Shown here one piece after another: positions 24,059 through 35,484 of a stretch of 64,000 nucleotides of DNA. The position numbers and the translations under genes were made by a program. Within the stretch, counting starts at the first letter, position 1, and the number at the start of each line of letters is the position of its first letter. Location of the stretch: IMG/VR virus record IMGVR_UViG_3300015263_000377; one strand, given 5' to 3'. Source of the DNA: an uncultured virus (IMG/VR IMGVR_UViG_3300015263_000377). Taxonomy: Duplodnaviria; Heunggongvirae; Uroviricota; Caudoviricetes. The notes beneath the pieces were generated by a model. It saw only the letters and a program-made list of their open reading frames with translations. It was not told where the DNA came from and ran no database searches.

Positions 24059-25669
24059 ATGGAACTGAAGGCTCAATTTACCTACGAATCCGTCCGCCAC
24101 GACCAGGATACCGACCTCCACCTCGTGGTGAGTCTCACGGCCCCTAAGAGCGATTGGCAGGCGAAACGCCCTCCGATCTGCGTCGTTCCTGTCCTCGACA
24201 TCTCGGGGTCGATGCAGGGGGCGAAGCTCGACTACGCGAAGCAGAGCATCCTGAAGCTCATCGAGCACCTGTCCGCAGAGGACTACCTCGGGCTCGTCAG
24301 CTTCTCCTCGCAAGCCAGGGTGGATGCCAAGCCCGTCCCGATGACCTCGGAGAACAAGGACGCTCTCCGGGCGATCGTCCACAAGTACCACACGGAAGGG
24401 TCGACCAACTTCTCCGGGGGTATGCTTCTCGGCTTCCAGGTGGCGAACGAGATGGACCTCCCCGAGTCGACCATCTGCCGCGTCATCATGTTCACGGACG
24501 GAGCCCCGACGCATGGCGTCACGGACGACGCCGGGCTCCAAACGCTCATCGAGAAGCAAGGCGGAAGGGCGTCCATGTCGGCCTTCGGGTACGGAAGGGA
24601 CGCCAAGCAAACCCTCCTTGAAAACCTCGCCTCCAAGGGCAAGGGCAACTACGCCTTCGTCGAGGACCCTGACAGCGCCCTCGCCGCCTTCGGGAAGGAG
24701 CTGGGTGGCCTTTTGAGCACGTACGCTCAGGACATCGTGGTCGAGATCGCACCGCACAACGGGCACCAGATCGTCGAAGTCCTCTCGGATGCCGACGTCG
24801 AGGAAGAGGTCACGGGCGAGGTGGAGGTCAAGGTGCCTCACGTCTTGAGCGAGGAGACCATCAACCTTGTGTTGGCCATGAAGATGGCTCAGACGAAGCA
24901 ACCGGGACCTCGCCAAGTCAACGCCGTAGATGTGAAGCTCCGGTACCAAGTCATCGACTCGGACGGGAAGCTGGTCGCCAAGACGGGTGAAGCCAAGGGT
25001 AAGATCCAGTTCGTCAAGGATGGGGACCAGCAGAAGACCCCCACCAAGGAGGTTGACGAGATCGTGGCCCGAGCCCAGCTCACGAGGGCTCAAGATGCGG
25101 CCGAGCAGGCGGCCTCTCGCGGGGACTTCGTGTCAGCGGCAGCCTTCTTCAACGACGTCCAAAAGGGGATCGCCGATCGAGGTCACGTGGGGGTGGCCGC
25201 CGTAGCTGGGCACGTCAACGCCATGTACCTCAATGCTGAGTCCTACCGGCATACGGAGGGTAACCGCCGTGGGCTCCGACGAGCGATGTCACGAGGGGCT
25301 GGTACCTCCAGGCTCTCGGCTTCCGACGAGTCGGTGCTCCGCTCGAATGGTTACTCGGTCTCCAACGCCCAGCAGGATCTCATGGTCCAGAACTTCGTGG
25401 CGCCGGATCCAGCGGCCCCCGCTCCGACCCCAGCTACGCCCGACGACCTCGCGGGTGTGGGGGTCGTCGTTGGGGCTGGCATTGCGGACCTCGGTGCCGG
25501 GATGTCTTGGACGGGAGGCGGTACCGTTACCTCCAACAGCATCCTCATGGGTCCTGCGCCACTCACCGGGCCGGCTCCTCTCGGAACGGGCGAGCTTCAA
25601 GCCTCCCCTGCGCCCGCTGATAAACCCAAGCCGAAGAAGCTCGGGAAGTCTCGTAGCAAGCGCTGGTAA
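24059..25669 (+). CDS. von Willebrand factor A domain protein
   Basis: MIDAS motif LDISGSM, GSTN, MFTDG, FGYG. Confidence 0.9.
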   Translation: MELKAQFTYESVRHDQDTDLHLVVSLTAPKSDWQAKRPPICVVPVLDISGSMQGAKLDYAKQSILKLIEHLSAEDYLGLVSFSSQARVDAKPVPMTSENKDALRAIVHKYHTEGSTNFSGGMLLGFQVANEMDLPESTICRVIMFTDGAPTHGVTDDAGLQTLIEKQGGRASMSAFGYGRDAKQTLLENLASKGKGNYAFVEDPDSALAAFGKELGGLLSTYAQDIVVEIAPHNGHQIVEVLSDADVEEEVTGEVEVKVPHVLSEETINLVLAMKMAQTKQPGPRQVNAVDVKLRYQVIDSDGKLVAKTGEAKGKIQFVKDGDQQKTPTKEVDEIVARAQLTRAQDAAEQAASRGDFVSAAAFFNDVQKGIADRGHVGVAAVAGHVNAMYLNAESYRHTEGNRRGLRRAMSRGAGTSRLSASDESVLRSNGYSVSNAQQDLMVQNFVAPDPAAPAPTPATPDDLAGVGVVVGAGIADLGAGMSWTGGGTVTSNSILMGPAPLTGPAPLGTGELQASPAPADKPKPKKLGKSRSKRW

Positions 25670-25687
25670 TCATTAGCGTTCTGAGTG

Positions 25688-25722
25688 AAAACGGGGCTGC
25701 TTAGGTGGCCCCGTTTCCTTTT
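25688..25722 (+). terminator. Intrinsic terminator
   Basis: AAACGGGGCTGC-TTAG-GTGGCCCCGTTT followed by CCTTTT. Confidence 0.7.
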
Positions 25723-25738
25723 GGTGTAGGTATCCTCA

Positions 25739-26313
25739 ATGCAAAAGCCCGAAATTTACCTGTCTGTCGATGTGGAAGCCGATGGTCCCATCCCCGGCCC
25801 TCACTCGATGCTCTCTTTTGGAGCGGCGGCCTTCTTGTTGGGTGAAGACGAACCCATCGGCACCTTCCAGGCGAACCTAGAGGAACTACCGGGAGCGTCG
25901 ATGGACCCGGTGACCAAGACCGAGTTTTGGGACAAGAACCCCGAGGCTTGGGTCGTGTGCCGGAAGGATCCGCGACCGATAGAGCCTACGCTGAGGGACT
26001 TTCAAGGTTGGTGCCTCGACCTTCCAGGTAAGGCCGTGTTCATCGGATACCCGGCGACCTTCGACTTCATGTTCCTGTACTGGTACCTCGTGAAGTACGG
26101 TATTAGGAGCCCGTTCGGCTTCTCTGGTCGTGACCTCACGAGCTACGTCGCGGGGTACCTTGGGTGTGAGTTCCGCGAGGCCACCAAGGGCAAGATGCCC
26201 AAAGAGTGGTTCCCGGAGAACAAGCAACCCATGTGGCTCTGGATGACGCGATCGAGCAGGGCAAGCTCTTCATGAACGCCATGAGGGCTCGTCGTGGGGA
26301 GAGTTGGGGATGA
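25739..26313 (+). CDS. DEDDh 3'-5' exonuclease (Rv2179c-like), frameshifted near 26225
   Basis: SVDVEADGPIPG, FDFMF; the ExoIII motif THVALDDAIEQG continues in another frame to TGA 26313. Confidence 0.82.
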
Positions 26314-26552
26314 GCGCAAGGCCGGGGGTGTGCGGGATCTGCGGGGTAGCCGTAGTACAACCGGAGACCCCCTCTGCCGGCTGGAACGACGGACACTTCT
26401 TCGAGCGCAAGCTCAAGGCGAATCAGGCGAAGACCACGGAGCTGGTTCTTGTTCGAGTCCGCTGCATGAGACACAAGGAACCGTCCGACCATCGCGAGTA
26501 CGACAAGGATGGCAACGTCGTGGATGGCCGTCGCCACGACGGGTGGTGTTGA
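26310..26552 (+). CDS. Small Cys/His-containing hypothetical protein
   Basis: ATGA overlap with the upstream stop; CGIC...C..H. Confidence 0.6.
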   Translation: MSARPGVCGICGVAVVQPETPSAGWNDGHFFERKLKANQAKTTELVLVRVRCMRHKEPSDHREYDKDGNVVDGRRHDGWC

Positions 26553-26556
26553 ATCT

Positions 26557-26642
26557 GGAAGGGGAACCAGCCGGGGCGCTGGCGCGGTTTTGAAAACCGA
26601 TGGGCGGGGAAACTCGCTGGGGGTCGGGACCTCCTCCTTCCG
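26557..26642 (+). tRNA. tRNA-Ser(TGA), atypical D/T loops
   Basis: CGGT-TT-TGA-AA-ACCG, same family as the Ser genes at 10.9-11.2 kb. Confidence 0.78.
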
Positions 26643-26689
26643 CTAGACCTCCCCCGCTCTCTACAGCAGGTGTACCTCAAGGTAAGGTC

Positions 26690-27563
26690 ATGCCTTGGGT
26701 CATCGAACACGGACTCGTAGAGTCGGTACTCCCGACCCTCCCGTCAGAGTCCTTTGATGGAGTGTTTTGTGACCCTCCCTACAACCTCTCGACCGAAGGG
26801 TGGGATGACTTCGGGCGGCAGCGAGCTTACCAATCTCGCGGAGAAGGTTACGGGAACAAGGGCAAAATAAAGGGCTACGGTCGAGGGGGAACCCCCCAAG
26901 ACCGGGAGTCTTTTAGGCGCAAGTCCAACCTAGCCTTCCAAGGCTGGGTCACTCAATGGGCGACAGAAGCTCTCCGGGTAGTAAAGCCTGGAGCTTGGCT
27001 TATCGCGTTTGGTTCTCCGCGTACGGTACATCGTCTAGCGGCCGGGGTTGAGGATGCGGGTTGGGAGATTCGCGACTCATTGCCTTGGGTTCATGACGGT
27101 GGAGTCCCCAAAAACCGCCGAACCGAGTTGCTCCCAACCCACGAACCCGTCGTCCTCGCCCGCCGCCCCCTTGCGGAAAGCACGGTTCTACGGAACGTGG
27201 AGAAGTGGGGGGTTGGGGATCTGCGAACCGATGGCAATCAGCACCCGGCCAACGTGATTCATTGCCCGAAGCCTTCGGCTCTGGAGCGAGCTGAATCTAC
27301 GCACCCTACCCCCAAACCAGTAATCCTTTGCCGTGACCTCGCTCAAGTCATCTTGCCGGCGTCGCGGTGCGGGCGGCTGCTCGTTCCGTTTTCCGGTTCT
27401 GGGTCAGAGATTGTCGGAGCCATCCAGGCGGGTTGGGGTGATGGTGTTGGGGTGGAACAGACGCTACCGTATGTTGAAACCGCCCGCCGAAGAATCGCTC
27501 GCCTGGCGGGGGTGGCGGCCCCGGCCTCGGGTACCGTGTTCGACCTCATGATGGATCTGTGCG

Positions 27564-27580
<17 letters not shown>
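26690..27580 (+). CDS. Site-specific DNA methyltransferase (N4-C/N6-A, beta class)
   Basis: FCDPPY, LRVVKPG, HPTPKP, LVPFSGSGS. Confidence 0.9.
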
Positions 27581-29626
<2,046 letters not shown>

Positions 29627-29651
29627 GATCTAGTTATCCGGGGTCTTGGGT

Positions 29652-30047
29652 GTGAGCAAACGCCGCCTACAGATCAACGGACAGTACCCCTATCGGATGA
29701 CCCGCAACGAGGTCCCCAAGCTCACTATCGCGCTTCTGGCCGTCACAAAGAACCAAGCTCTCATCGAAGGGCTTATGGTCGGTGAGGTTCCTTGCATCAG
29801 GATCCACAACAACGGAGGGGACGTCAACATCTTGGTCCGCACGGAAGACTGGGCCAAGATCGTCCCCTACCTGAAAGACGGTACCTTGGCTACCGAGCTT
29901 GTACCTGTAACCAAGCCGGTGCCTCTACACCCCAACACGCACAACAACGCGTCCGTTGGGGACGTTTGGAACCGAGAGCTGTACAACCGAATCCAAACGT
30001 TGTTGAACAACCTGTTCCCAACCGAGTTCCCCACCTCCAATCTCTAG
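29652..30047 (+). CDS. Hypothetical protein
   Basis: ORF; TAT motif 17 nt upstream of GTG. Confidence 0.65.
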   Translation: MSKRRLQINGQYPYRMTRNEVPKLTIALLAVTKNQALIEGLMVGEVPCIRIHNNGGDVNILVRTEDWAKIVPYLKDGTLATELVPVTKPVPLHPNTHNNASVGDVWNRELYNRIQTLLNNLFPTEFPTSNL

Positions 30048-30054
30048 GAGCGCT

Positions 30055-30282
30055 ATGAGCGTCGATCCCAAAGGGACAACCCCCGGTTTGAAGGCAGAGA
30101 CCAAAGAACCGAAGGTTCACCACATGAAGTGCCGCAACGAAGACTGCCCTTCGATGCAGGTCACCGAGATCCCAACGGGAGGGGCGCCCGAAGGCGCTGG
30201 TGCCGCTCACAACCGCTTGTATCAATGCGTGACGTGTCACCTTACCTGGACACTAGGGGTAGGGGGGTCAGTCAACATCTAA
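30055..30282 (+). CDS. Small zinc-ribbon protein
   Basis: AGGAG RBS; CRNEDC...YQCVTC..TW. Confidence 0.7.
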   Translation: MSVDPKGTTPGLKAETKEPKVHHMKCRNEDCPSMQVTEIPTGGAPEGAGAAHNRLYQCVTCHLTWTLGVGGSVNI

Positions 30283-30313
30283 TCTCCTTGTCGGGGCCAT
30301 CCCTACTGCCGGG

Positions 30314-31000
30314 ATGGATCTCACAGACCTCAGAGCCTTCGAGGCCGACACAGCAGCCATAGTTCCGGGCTTCCAGCTCGCGTGGAAGGACAAGTCGTCC
30401 AGCCAAAAGCTGCTCGGGGCAATCATGAAGCCGTTCAACCCCGGCTTCATGACCTCCTACACGACGACCTTCTACCCGAAGGTCTACTTTCCCACGCAAG
30501 AGCGTTACGAGAGTGACCCGACACGGTCATTTATGACGCTTGCGCATGAGCGGGTCCACTTGCTGGACACGAAGGCTAGTCCGCTCGGCTTCAGGCTCAG
30601 CTACATCTACCCGCAAGTCCTCTTCGTACCGTTCGTGATCGTCGGGGTCGTGCTCGCTGTCTTCTTCGGGTGGTGGTCTCTCATCGCCTTCGGGCTCGGT
30701 CTTCTGTGCCTTGCCCCTTGGCCGTCTCCGGGTCGAGTGAGGTTGGAGCAACGTGGCTACGCCATGTCTCTCGCCACCCTCTACTGGCTCACGGGGGACA
30801 TCTCGTTCGCCCGCAAGGACTCCATCCGCAAGCAGTTCTTGACGATGGCCTACTTCAAGATGTCGTGGAGCCCGAAGGCGATCGACAAGTGGCTGACGGA
30901 TACGGAGGTTGCGATCCGCAACGGTACCCTAGCGGCCAACGATCCGGTCTACGGGGACGTTCTCAAGTTTCTACAGTCTCGGGGTAAAGCACGCGCATGA
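30314..31000 (+). CDS. Membrane protein with HExxH motif (putative zinc metallopeptidase)
   Basis: LAHERVH, two hydrophobic helices, downstream EQRGY. Confidence 0.72.
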   Translation: MDLTDLRAFEADTAAIVPGFQLAWKDKSSSQKLLGAIMKPFNPGFMTSYTTTFYPKVYFPTQERYESDPTRSFMTLAHERVHLLDTKASPLGFRLSYIYPQVLFVPFVIVGVVLAVFFGWWSLIAFGLGLLCLAPWPSPGRVRLEQRGYAMSLATLYWLTGDISFARKDSIRKQFLTMAYFKMSWSPKAIDKWLTDTEVAIRNGTLAANDPVYGDVLKFLQSRGKARA

Positions 31001-31200
31001 GCGACGTTCCCGAGCCCCGTACTGGTTTGATGCGGTGTACCCAAACGGGGTGCGGTGGGGTTCTAGGTCAGAGCGGACAGGAAGTGTTCCGCATGGTCTG
31101 CGGCTTCTGCGGGCAGAACTACTTCGTTCGGCTCGTGTTGGAGCCCGTGGACCCGAAGCCAGCATCGAACCTCCTCCCCCCGGTGGGTCGTGCTGAGTGA
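30997..31200 (+). CDS. Small zinc-finger protein
   Basis: CTQTGC...CGFC; translationally coupled. Confidence 0.6.
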   Translation: MSDVPEPRTGLMRCTQTGCGGVLGQSGQEVFRMVCGFCGQNYFVRLVLEPVDPKPASNLLPPVGRAE

Positions 31201-32140
31201 TGTTCAAGGTCAAACACAGGCCGTAGCTTACCTACGGCGGGTGGTCGAAGGCCACCTTACTTCGCCCCTGCTCTTCGTTGGGGAAGAGGGTACAGGGAGG
31301 AAGTTCTCCGTCATGGCAGCGATCAAAGAGATCGTCGCCAGGCAACGAGGCAAGGATAGCCCGGAGTACCTACAGGTTGAGCAGTCAGCTCACCCTGACG
31401 TGGCCTTGGTGACGGCTCCGGCCGACAAGGAGATCGGTGTTGATGCGATTCGGGATGTTGTCTCGCAGTCGCAATCGTACCCCACGTCCGCCCCAAATCG
31501 GTTCTTCATCATCGACGGAGCCGACCGCATGACGGCCCCGGCCTCGAACGCGATCCTCAAGACGCTTGAGGAGCCCCCCGCCCTCTCTCGCTTCTTTATG
31601 CTCGCCGAGTCTTACGACCGCGTACTACCCACGATTCGCTCGCGCTGTGGGCGGGTCGGTTGTCAAAAACTCAGCGAATCGTTCGTGTTTGAGCAGCTCT
31701 CCAAGTACGAATCGAACCCCGATAAAGCACTTGTCTACGCTCGTATGGGTGAAGGTTCGGTAGGTAGAGCCGCTCGCTACTGGGGAGCCAACCGAATCCT
31801 CTTTCGCGATCGGGTCCTTGGATTGCTGCATTCCAGCACAACCGGGGACTTATCGTCGGCCTTCGCCTCTTTGGATGAGCTGACGAAAGAGCTTAATCTC
31901 GTCCTGAAATTCCTTTGTTTCGTAGTTCATGACGTGCTGGTGGTGCGCGTCGATCCGAACCGGGCCATCAACCAGGATGTACTTGAGGACGTAGCTGCCA
32001 TGCGAAATCGAGTGAAGGATGATACGTGGCAGCGTCTTTGGTCCAACCTGAGAACCGTATGGTCTCGGAACGAATCCTCGTACGTTAACCTTGGCTTTCA
32101 AATCAAGTCGGCGTTGGCAGACGCGTTCTGCGGCGGGTGA
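31190..32140 (+). CDS. holB: DNA polymerase III delta' subunit
   Basis: LLFVGEEGTGR, HPDV, IGVDAIR, ADRMT...NAILKTLEEPP, LPTIRSRC. Confidence 0.92.
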   Translation: MLSDVQGQTQAVAYLRRVVEGHLTSPLLFVGEEGTGRKFSVMAAIKEIVARQRGKDSPEYLQVEQSAHPDVALVTAPADKEIGVDAIRDVVSQSQSYPTSAPNRFFIIDGADRMTAPASNAILKTLEEPPALSRFFMLAESYDRVLPTIRSRCGRVGCQKLSESFVFEQLSKYESNPDKALVYARMGEGSVGRAARYWGANRILFRDRVLGLLHSSTTGDLSSAFASLDELTKELNLVLKFLCFVVHDVLVVRVDPNRAINQDVLEDVAAMRNRVKDDTWQRLWSNLRTVWSRNESSYVNLGFQIKSALADAFCGG

Positions 32141-32144
32141 GGTC

Positions 32145-33128
32145 ATGGGGTACCGCTTCACCACGCCCGTCACTGTGTCTTATGGGGAAGAGAGCTTTTT
32201 CCTAGACCGAGACCTCAACTCGTTCCGTGACCAGCCCAACCGTTCGGTGGTCGTTCTTGATGGAGCGAACACCAATGACGCCGAGCTGGCATCCACGTGC
32301 GCAACGTTGATCGTCGACCTGGACGATCCCGCCAGTACGAAGCCTAGAGCGGTCGTCGTAGACAACGCTCACAAGTTCAAGCCTGAGAAGGCCATGAAGG
32401 CGTACTTGGAAGGCAAAGGCCCCAAGGATCTCGGGTGCGTTTTGGCCCTTGTGGTCCGAGGGGATAAGCCCCTCGTCTTCTGGTCGAAGCTCGGGGACAA
32501 GGTCACCTTGTTGGAGCGCAAGAAGCTCAAGACCTTCGACTCCAACAACGAGGTCGTGAAGTGGATCGAGCAAGAGGTGAAGCTCGCCAAGCTCACGATC
32601 GACTACCGCACGGCGAACATCATGTTTCATGCGGGAGGAGGAGACCTCTACCGCCTCGCCAGTGAGATCCAAAAGCTCCGGCTCATTGTACCTGCGGGTA
32701 CCGCGATCACGCTCGACCACCTCAAGCTAGTGATGACCCCCGGTTCCAACGTGGACCAGTGGACCGTCGCCGACGCAGCCTTCGACAAGAACACCAAGAA
32801 GGCTCTGAACGCCCTCTCCTCGCTCTACAAGTTCGTGGCCGAGGACCCGGCCATCTCCGTCTTGTACGCGATGATGAAGCAGGCGGAGCGTCTGTTCGTC
32901 ACCCGGTCCCTACTCGACTCAGGTGTAGCTCATGACGAGATCGCCTCTCGTATTGGGTTCCACCCGTACCGTTTCAAACAGACCCTTCTCCAGCAAGCGG
33001 GGAAGCACAGCAAGCGGAAGCTCGCCTCTGTGATGCAGAACCTATGCAAATTAGATGTAGACCTGAAAAGCACCAGCCGCTCAAAGAGGACGCTCGTTGA
33101 GATGGCGATTCTCGATCTTGCTAGCTGA
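32145..33128 (+). CDS. holA: DNA polymerase III delta subunit
   Basis: YGEESFF, GGDLYRLASEIQKL, HPYR, L.KLD.DLKS. Confidence 0.85.
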   Translation: MGYRFTTPVTVSYGEESFFLDRDLNSFRDQPNRSVVVLDGANTNDAELASTCATLIVDLDDPASTKPRAVVVDNAHKFKPEKAMKAYLEGKGPKDLGCVLALVVRGDKPLVFWSKLGDKVTLLERKKLKTFDSNNEVVKWIEQEVKLAKLTIDYRTANIMFHAGGGDLYRLASEIQKLRLIVPAGTAITLDHLKLVMTPGSNVDQWTVADAAFDKNTKKALNALSSLYKFVAEDPAISVLYAMMKQAERLFVTRSLLDSGVAHDEIASRIGFHPYRFKQTLLQQAGKHSKRKLASVMQNLCKLDVDLKSTSRSKRTLVEMAILDLAS

Positions 33129-33143
33129 AGGAGTTGGGCACTC

Positions 33144-35084
33144 ATGATGATCGTCTCAAAGACGCAGCAACCGAATCCGTTTCGGTTTACCAAGGACTTC
33201 CTCAGCCCCTACTATCGTGCTGGGGATCCGTTCCAGTCTCTACTGGCGCGGTCGACATACTTGACCAAGTATTGTCGAGACCGGGAGACGTGGACGGACA
33301 CGGTTCGCCGAGTCGTCGAGTCGAACATCTCCTACGCGCTCAATCGAGATGAGAAGGAAGCCCAACTCCTCTTCCATCTTTTCTGGACGGGTCAGGCGCT
33401 CCCTCCAGGTCGAGGTCTTTGGACTGGCGGCATCGAGGGTATCCCTGCCGACGCTCGATTCAACTGTTGGTACACGACCCTCTACGGCATCGACGATTGG
33501 TGCTGGACGGCCAACTGCCTCATGCTCGGAGGTGGGGTCGGGGTCGGGCTCAACGACATCGGGTCACTCCCAGTCGTTCAACGTGAACCCGGAGCTAGGT
33601 TCTCGGTTCGGTGCTTCGAGAACCACCCGGACATCACCGAGGTCAACCCCAACGGAAAGGACTTCCTCAACGGGCAGACTCCCATCTACACGGTCCCCGA
33701 CTCCCGTGAAGGCTGGGTAGAGGCGCTTCGTAGGGTCCTCACCGCTGCTTTCACGGCTCGGGACCTCATCGTCGATGTCTCTCAGGTCCGGGCGCGTGGG
33801 CTTCCGATCCGCACCTTCGGTGGGATTGCTTGTGGCCCCGGCCCGCTCACGAACCTTCTTCGTTCGGCTTGGGACATCGTTCGGGGTGCAGCGGGACGCC
33901 GCCTCAACTCTGTCGAAGCTCTCGACATCACCAACTTCATCGGCCTCTGTATCAAGGCCGGCAACGTCCGCCGCTCCGCCCTCATCGTGCTCGGGGATGC
34001 CGACGACCAGCCGTTCCGCGATGCCAAGAAGGACTGGGACAAGGTCACGAGCCACCGGCACACGTCCAACAACTCGATCACCTTCCGGTCTTGGGAGCAG
34101 ATCGAGCGGTTCGATTGGCGGTCTCTCGTCGAGGACAACTCCGAATTCGGAGAGCCTGGCATCCTGAATCTACCTCTCGGGTGGAAGACGGATCCTGGCG
34201 CCAGGGGGGTCAACCCGTGCGGGGAGCAACTCCTCCACGATCGGGAGGCGTGCAACCTCGCCGAAGTCTTCCCGGCCAAGTTCGAGGATTCGACTGATCC
34301 GGACACCGTGTTCCGGCTCATCACCCGCTACTGCCTTCGCCAGCGGCTTTCTCCGCTCACGGATGACAGAAGCCGCGAGGTGGGCTTCAACAACATGCGT
34401 GTTGGCGTCGGCTTGGGGGGTCTCTGCGACTTCAAATGGGACGGAGCCCAGCTTCGACACTGGTACGGCTCATGTCGTGAAGAGGCCACGAAGTACGCCT
34501 CGGAACTTGGCGTCAATGCCCCCATCACGGTCACCACCGTCAAGCCCTCGGGGACCATCTCGCTCCTCAACGGCTCAAGCCCCGGCATCCACGCCCCGTA
34601 CGCCGACTACTACATTCGTCGTACGAGGATCGCCAAGAACGACCCCATGGCTGGAGCCATGATCGAGGCAGGTGTCCCCTACGAGGAGGACATCTACGAC
34701 AAGACGGGGCACACGTTGGTCTTCGCGTTCCCAACGAAGTCCTCCAACACGGGGATCACGGTCCAAAACGAGACGATCCGCCAGCAATTCGAGCGCCAGA
34801 AGGGTGTTCAGGATGCGTGGGCGGACAACGCTGTCAGTGCGACCCTTTCCTTCACCGAAGAAGAAAAGGGCGAGCTGGCCTCGTGCCTGAAGGAGTACGT
34901 CCCTTTCCTCAAGTCCACGTCCTGCCTCCCCAAGAAGCACGGGTACCAGCAGGCGCCGTACGAGCAAATCTCGCAGGAAGTGTACGAAAACATGTACGGC
35001 AAGATCAACCACGCCCACCCGCTCGTTCGGGGCGGGGACATGGAAGCCGAGGAGTGCCAAGGAGGCGTTTGCCCGATTCGGTAG
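33144..35084 (+). CDS. nrdJ: Class II (B12-dependent) ribonucleoside-triphosphate reductase
   Basis: PPGRGLW, FNC, GNVRRSA, NPCGEQ, CNLAE, TTVKPSGTIS, C-terminal ECQGGVCPIR. Confidence 0.93.
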   Translation: MMIVSKTQQPNPFRFTKDFLSPYYRAGDPFQSLLARSTYLTKYCRDRETWTDTVRRVVESNISYALNRDEKEAQLLFHLFWTGQALPPGRGLWTGGIEGIPADARFNCWYTTLYGIDDWCWTANCLMLGGGVGVGLNDIGSLPVVQREPGARFSVRCFENHPDITEVNPNGKDFLNGQTPIYTVPDSREGWVEALRRVLTAAFTARDLIVDVSQVRARGLPIRTFGGIACGPGPLTNLLRSAWDIVRGAAGRRLNSVEALDITNFIGLCIKAGNVRRSALIVLGDADDQPFRDAKKDWDKVTSHRHTSNNSITFRSWEQIERFDWRSLVEDNSEFGEPGILNLPLGWKTDPGARGVNPCGEQLLHDREACNLAEVFPAKFEDSTDPDTVFRLITRYCLRQRLSPLTDDRSREVGFNNMRVGVGLGGLCDFKWDGAQLRHWYGSCREEATKYASELGVNAPITVTTVKPSGTISLLNGSSPGIHAPYADYYIRRTRIAKNDPMAGAMIEAGVPYEEDIYDKTGHTLVFAFPTKSSNTGITVQNETIRQQFERQKGVQDAWADNAVSATLSFTEEEKGELASCLKEYVPFLKSTSCLPKKHGYQQAPYEQISQEVYENMYGKINHAHPLVRGGDMEAEECQGGVCPIR

Positions 35085-35160
35085 AGACCTACCGAAAATC
35101 GTCCAGTTTGAGCCCCCTCCGGTGTTACTAGAGGGGGCTCGACTCATTTGGAGGCTGGAC

Positions 35161-35484
35161 ATGACTCAGGGTAAGGACAAGATGGGCGTCTACCTCGTGG
35201 AAGGCGTCGTAGAGCAGGACCCCATGACGGATCGCTTCGTGGTCCGTACCGAAGATCAGTCCGGGCGCCCCTTCTCGTTCGACGTGCAATCCGCCCTGGA
35301 GACCTTCAAAGGCCGTGAGATCAGGGTCGTTCTCGCCCCCCTTGCCACCATCGAAGAGTTGGAAGCGATGGTGAAGGCCCAGCAAGAGGCGGGTGAGAAG
35401 GTCGAGGTCGGGGAGCCGTCGCAAGGTCAGAAGATCGAGATCACATCTGCGATGCAGGGCGGGACCAAAGGGAAATTGGGATGA
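35161..35484 (+). CDS. Hypothetical protein
   Basis: GGAGG RBS; coupled to ligA. Confidence 0.7.
   Translation: MTQGKDKMGVYLVEGVVEQDPMTDRFVVRTEDQSGRPFSFDVQSALETFKGREIRVVLAPLATIEELEAMVKAQQEAGEKVEVGEPSQGQKIEITSAMQGGTKGKLG

Noticed and set aside
24059..25669. vWA protein as the Ro60/TROVE partner of the Y RNAs
   Set aside because: The vWA domain is N-terminal with no preceding helical TROVE domain; Ro60 has the opposite layout.
33100..33144. Cobalamin riboswitch upstream of nrdJ
   Set aside because: Only about 15 nt separate holA from nrdJ.
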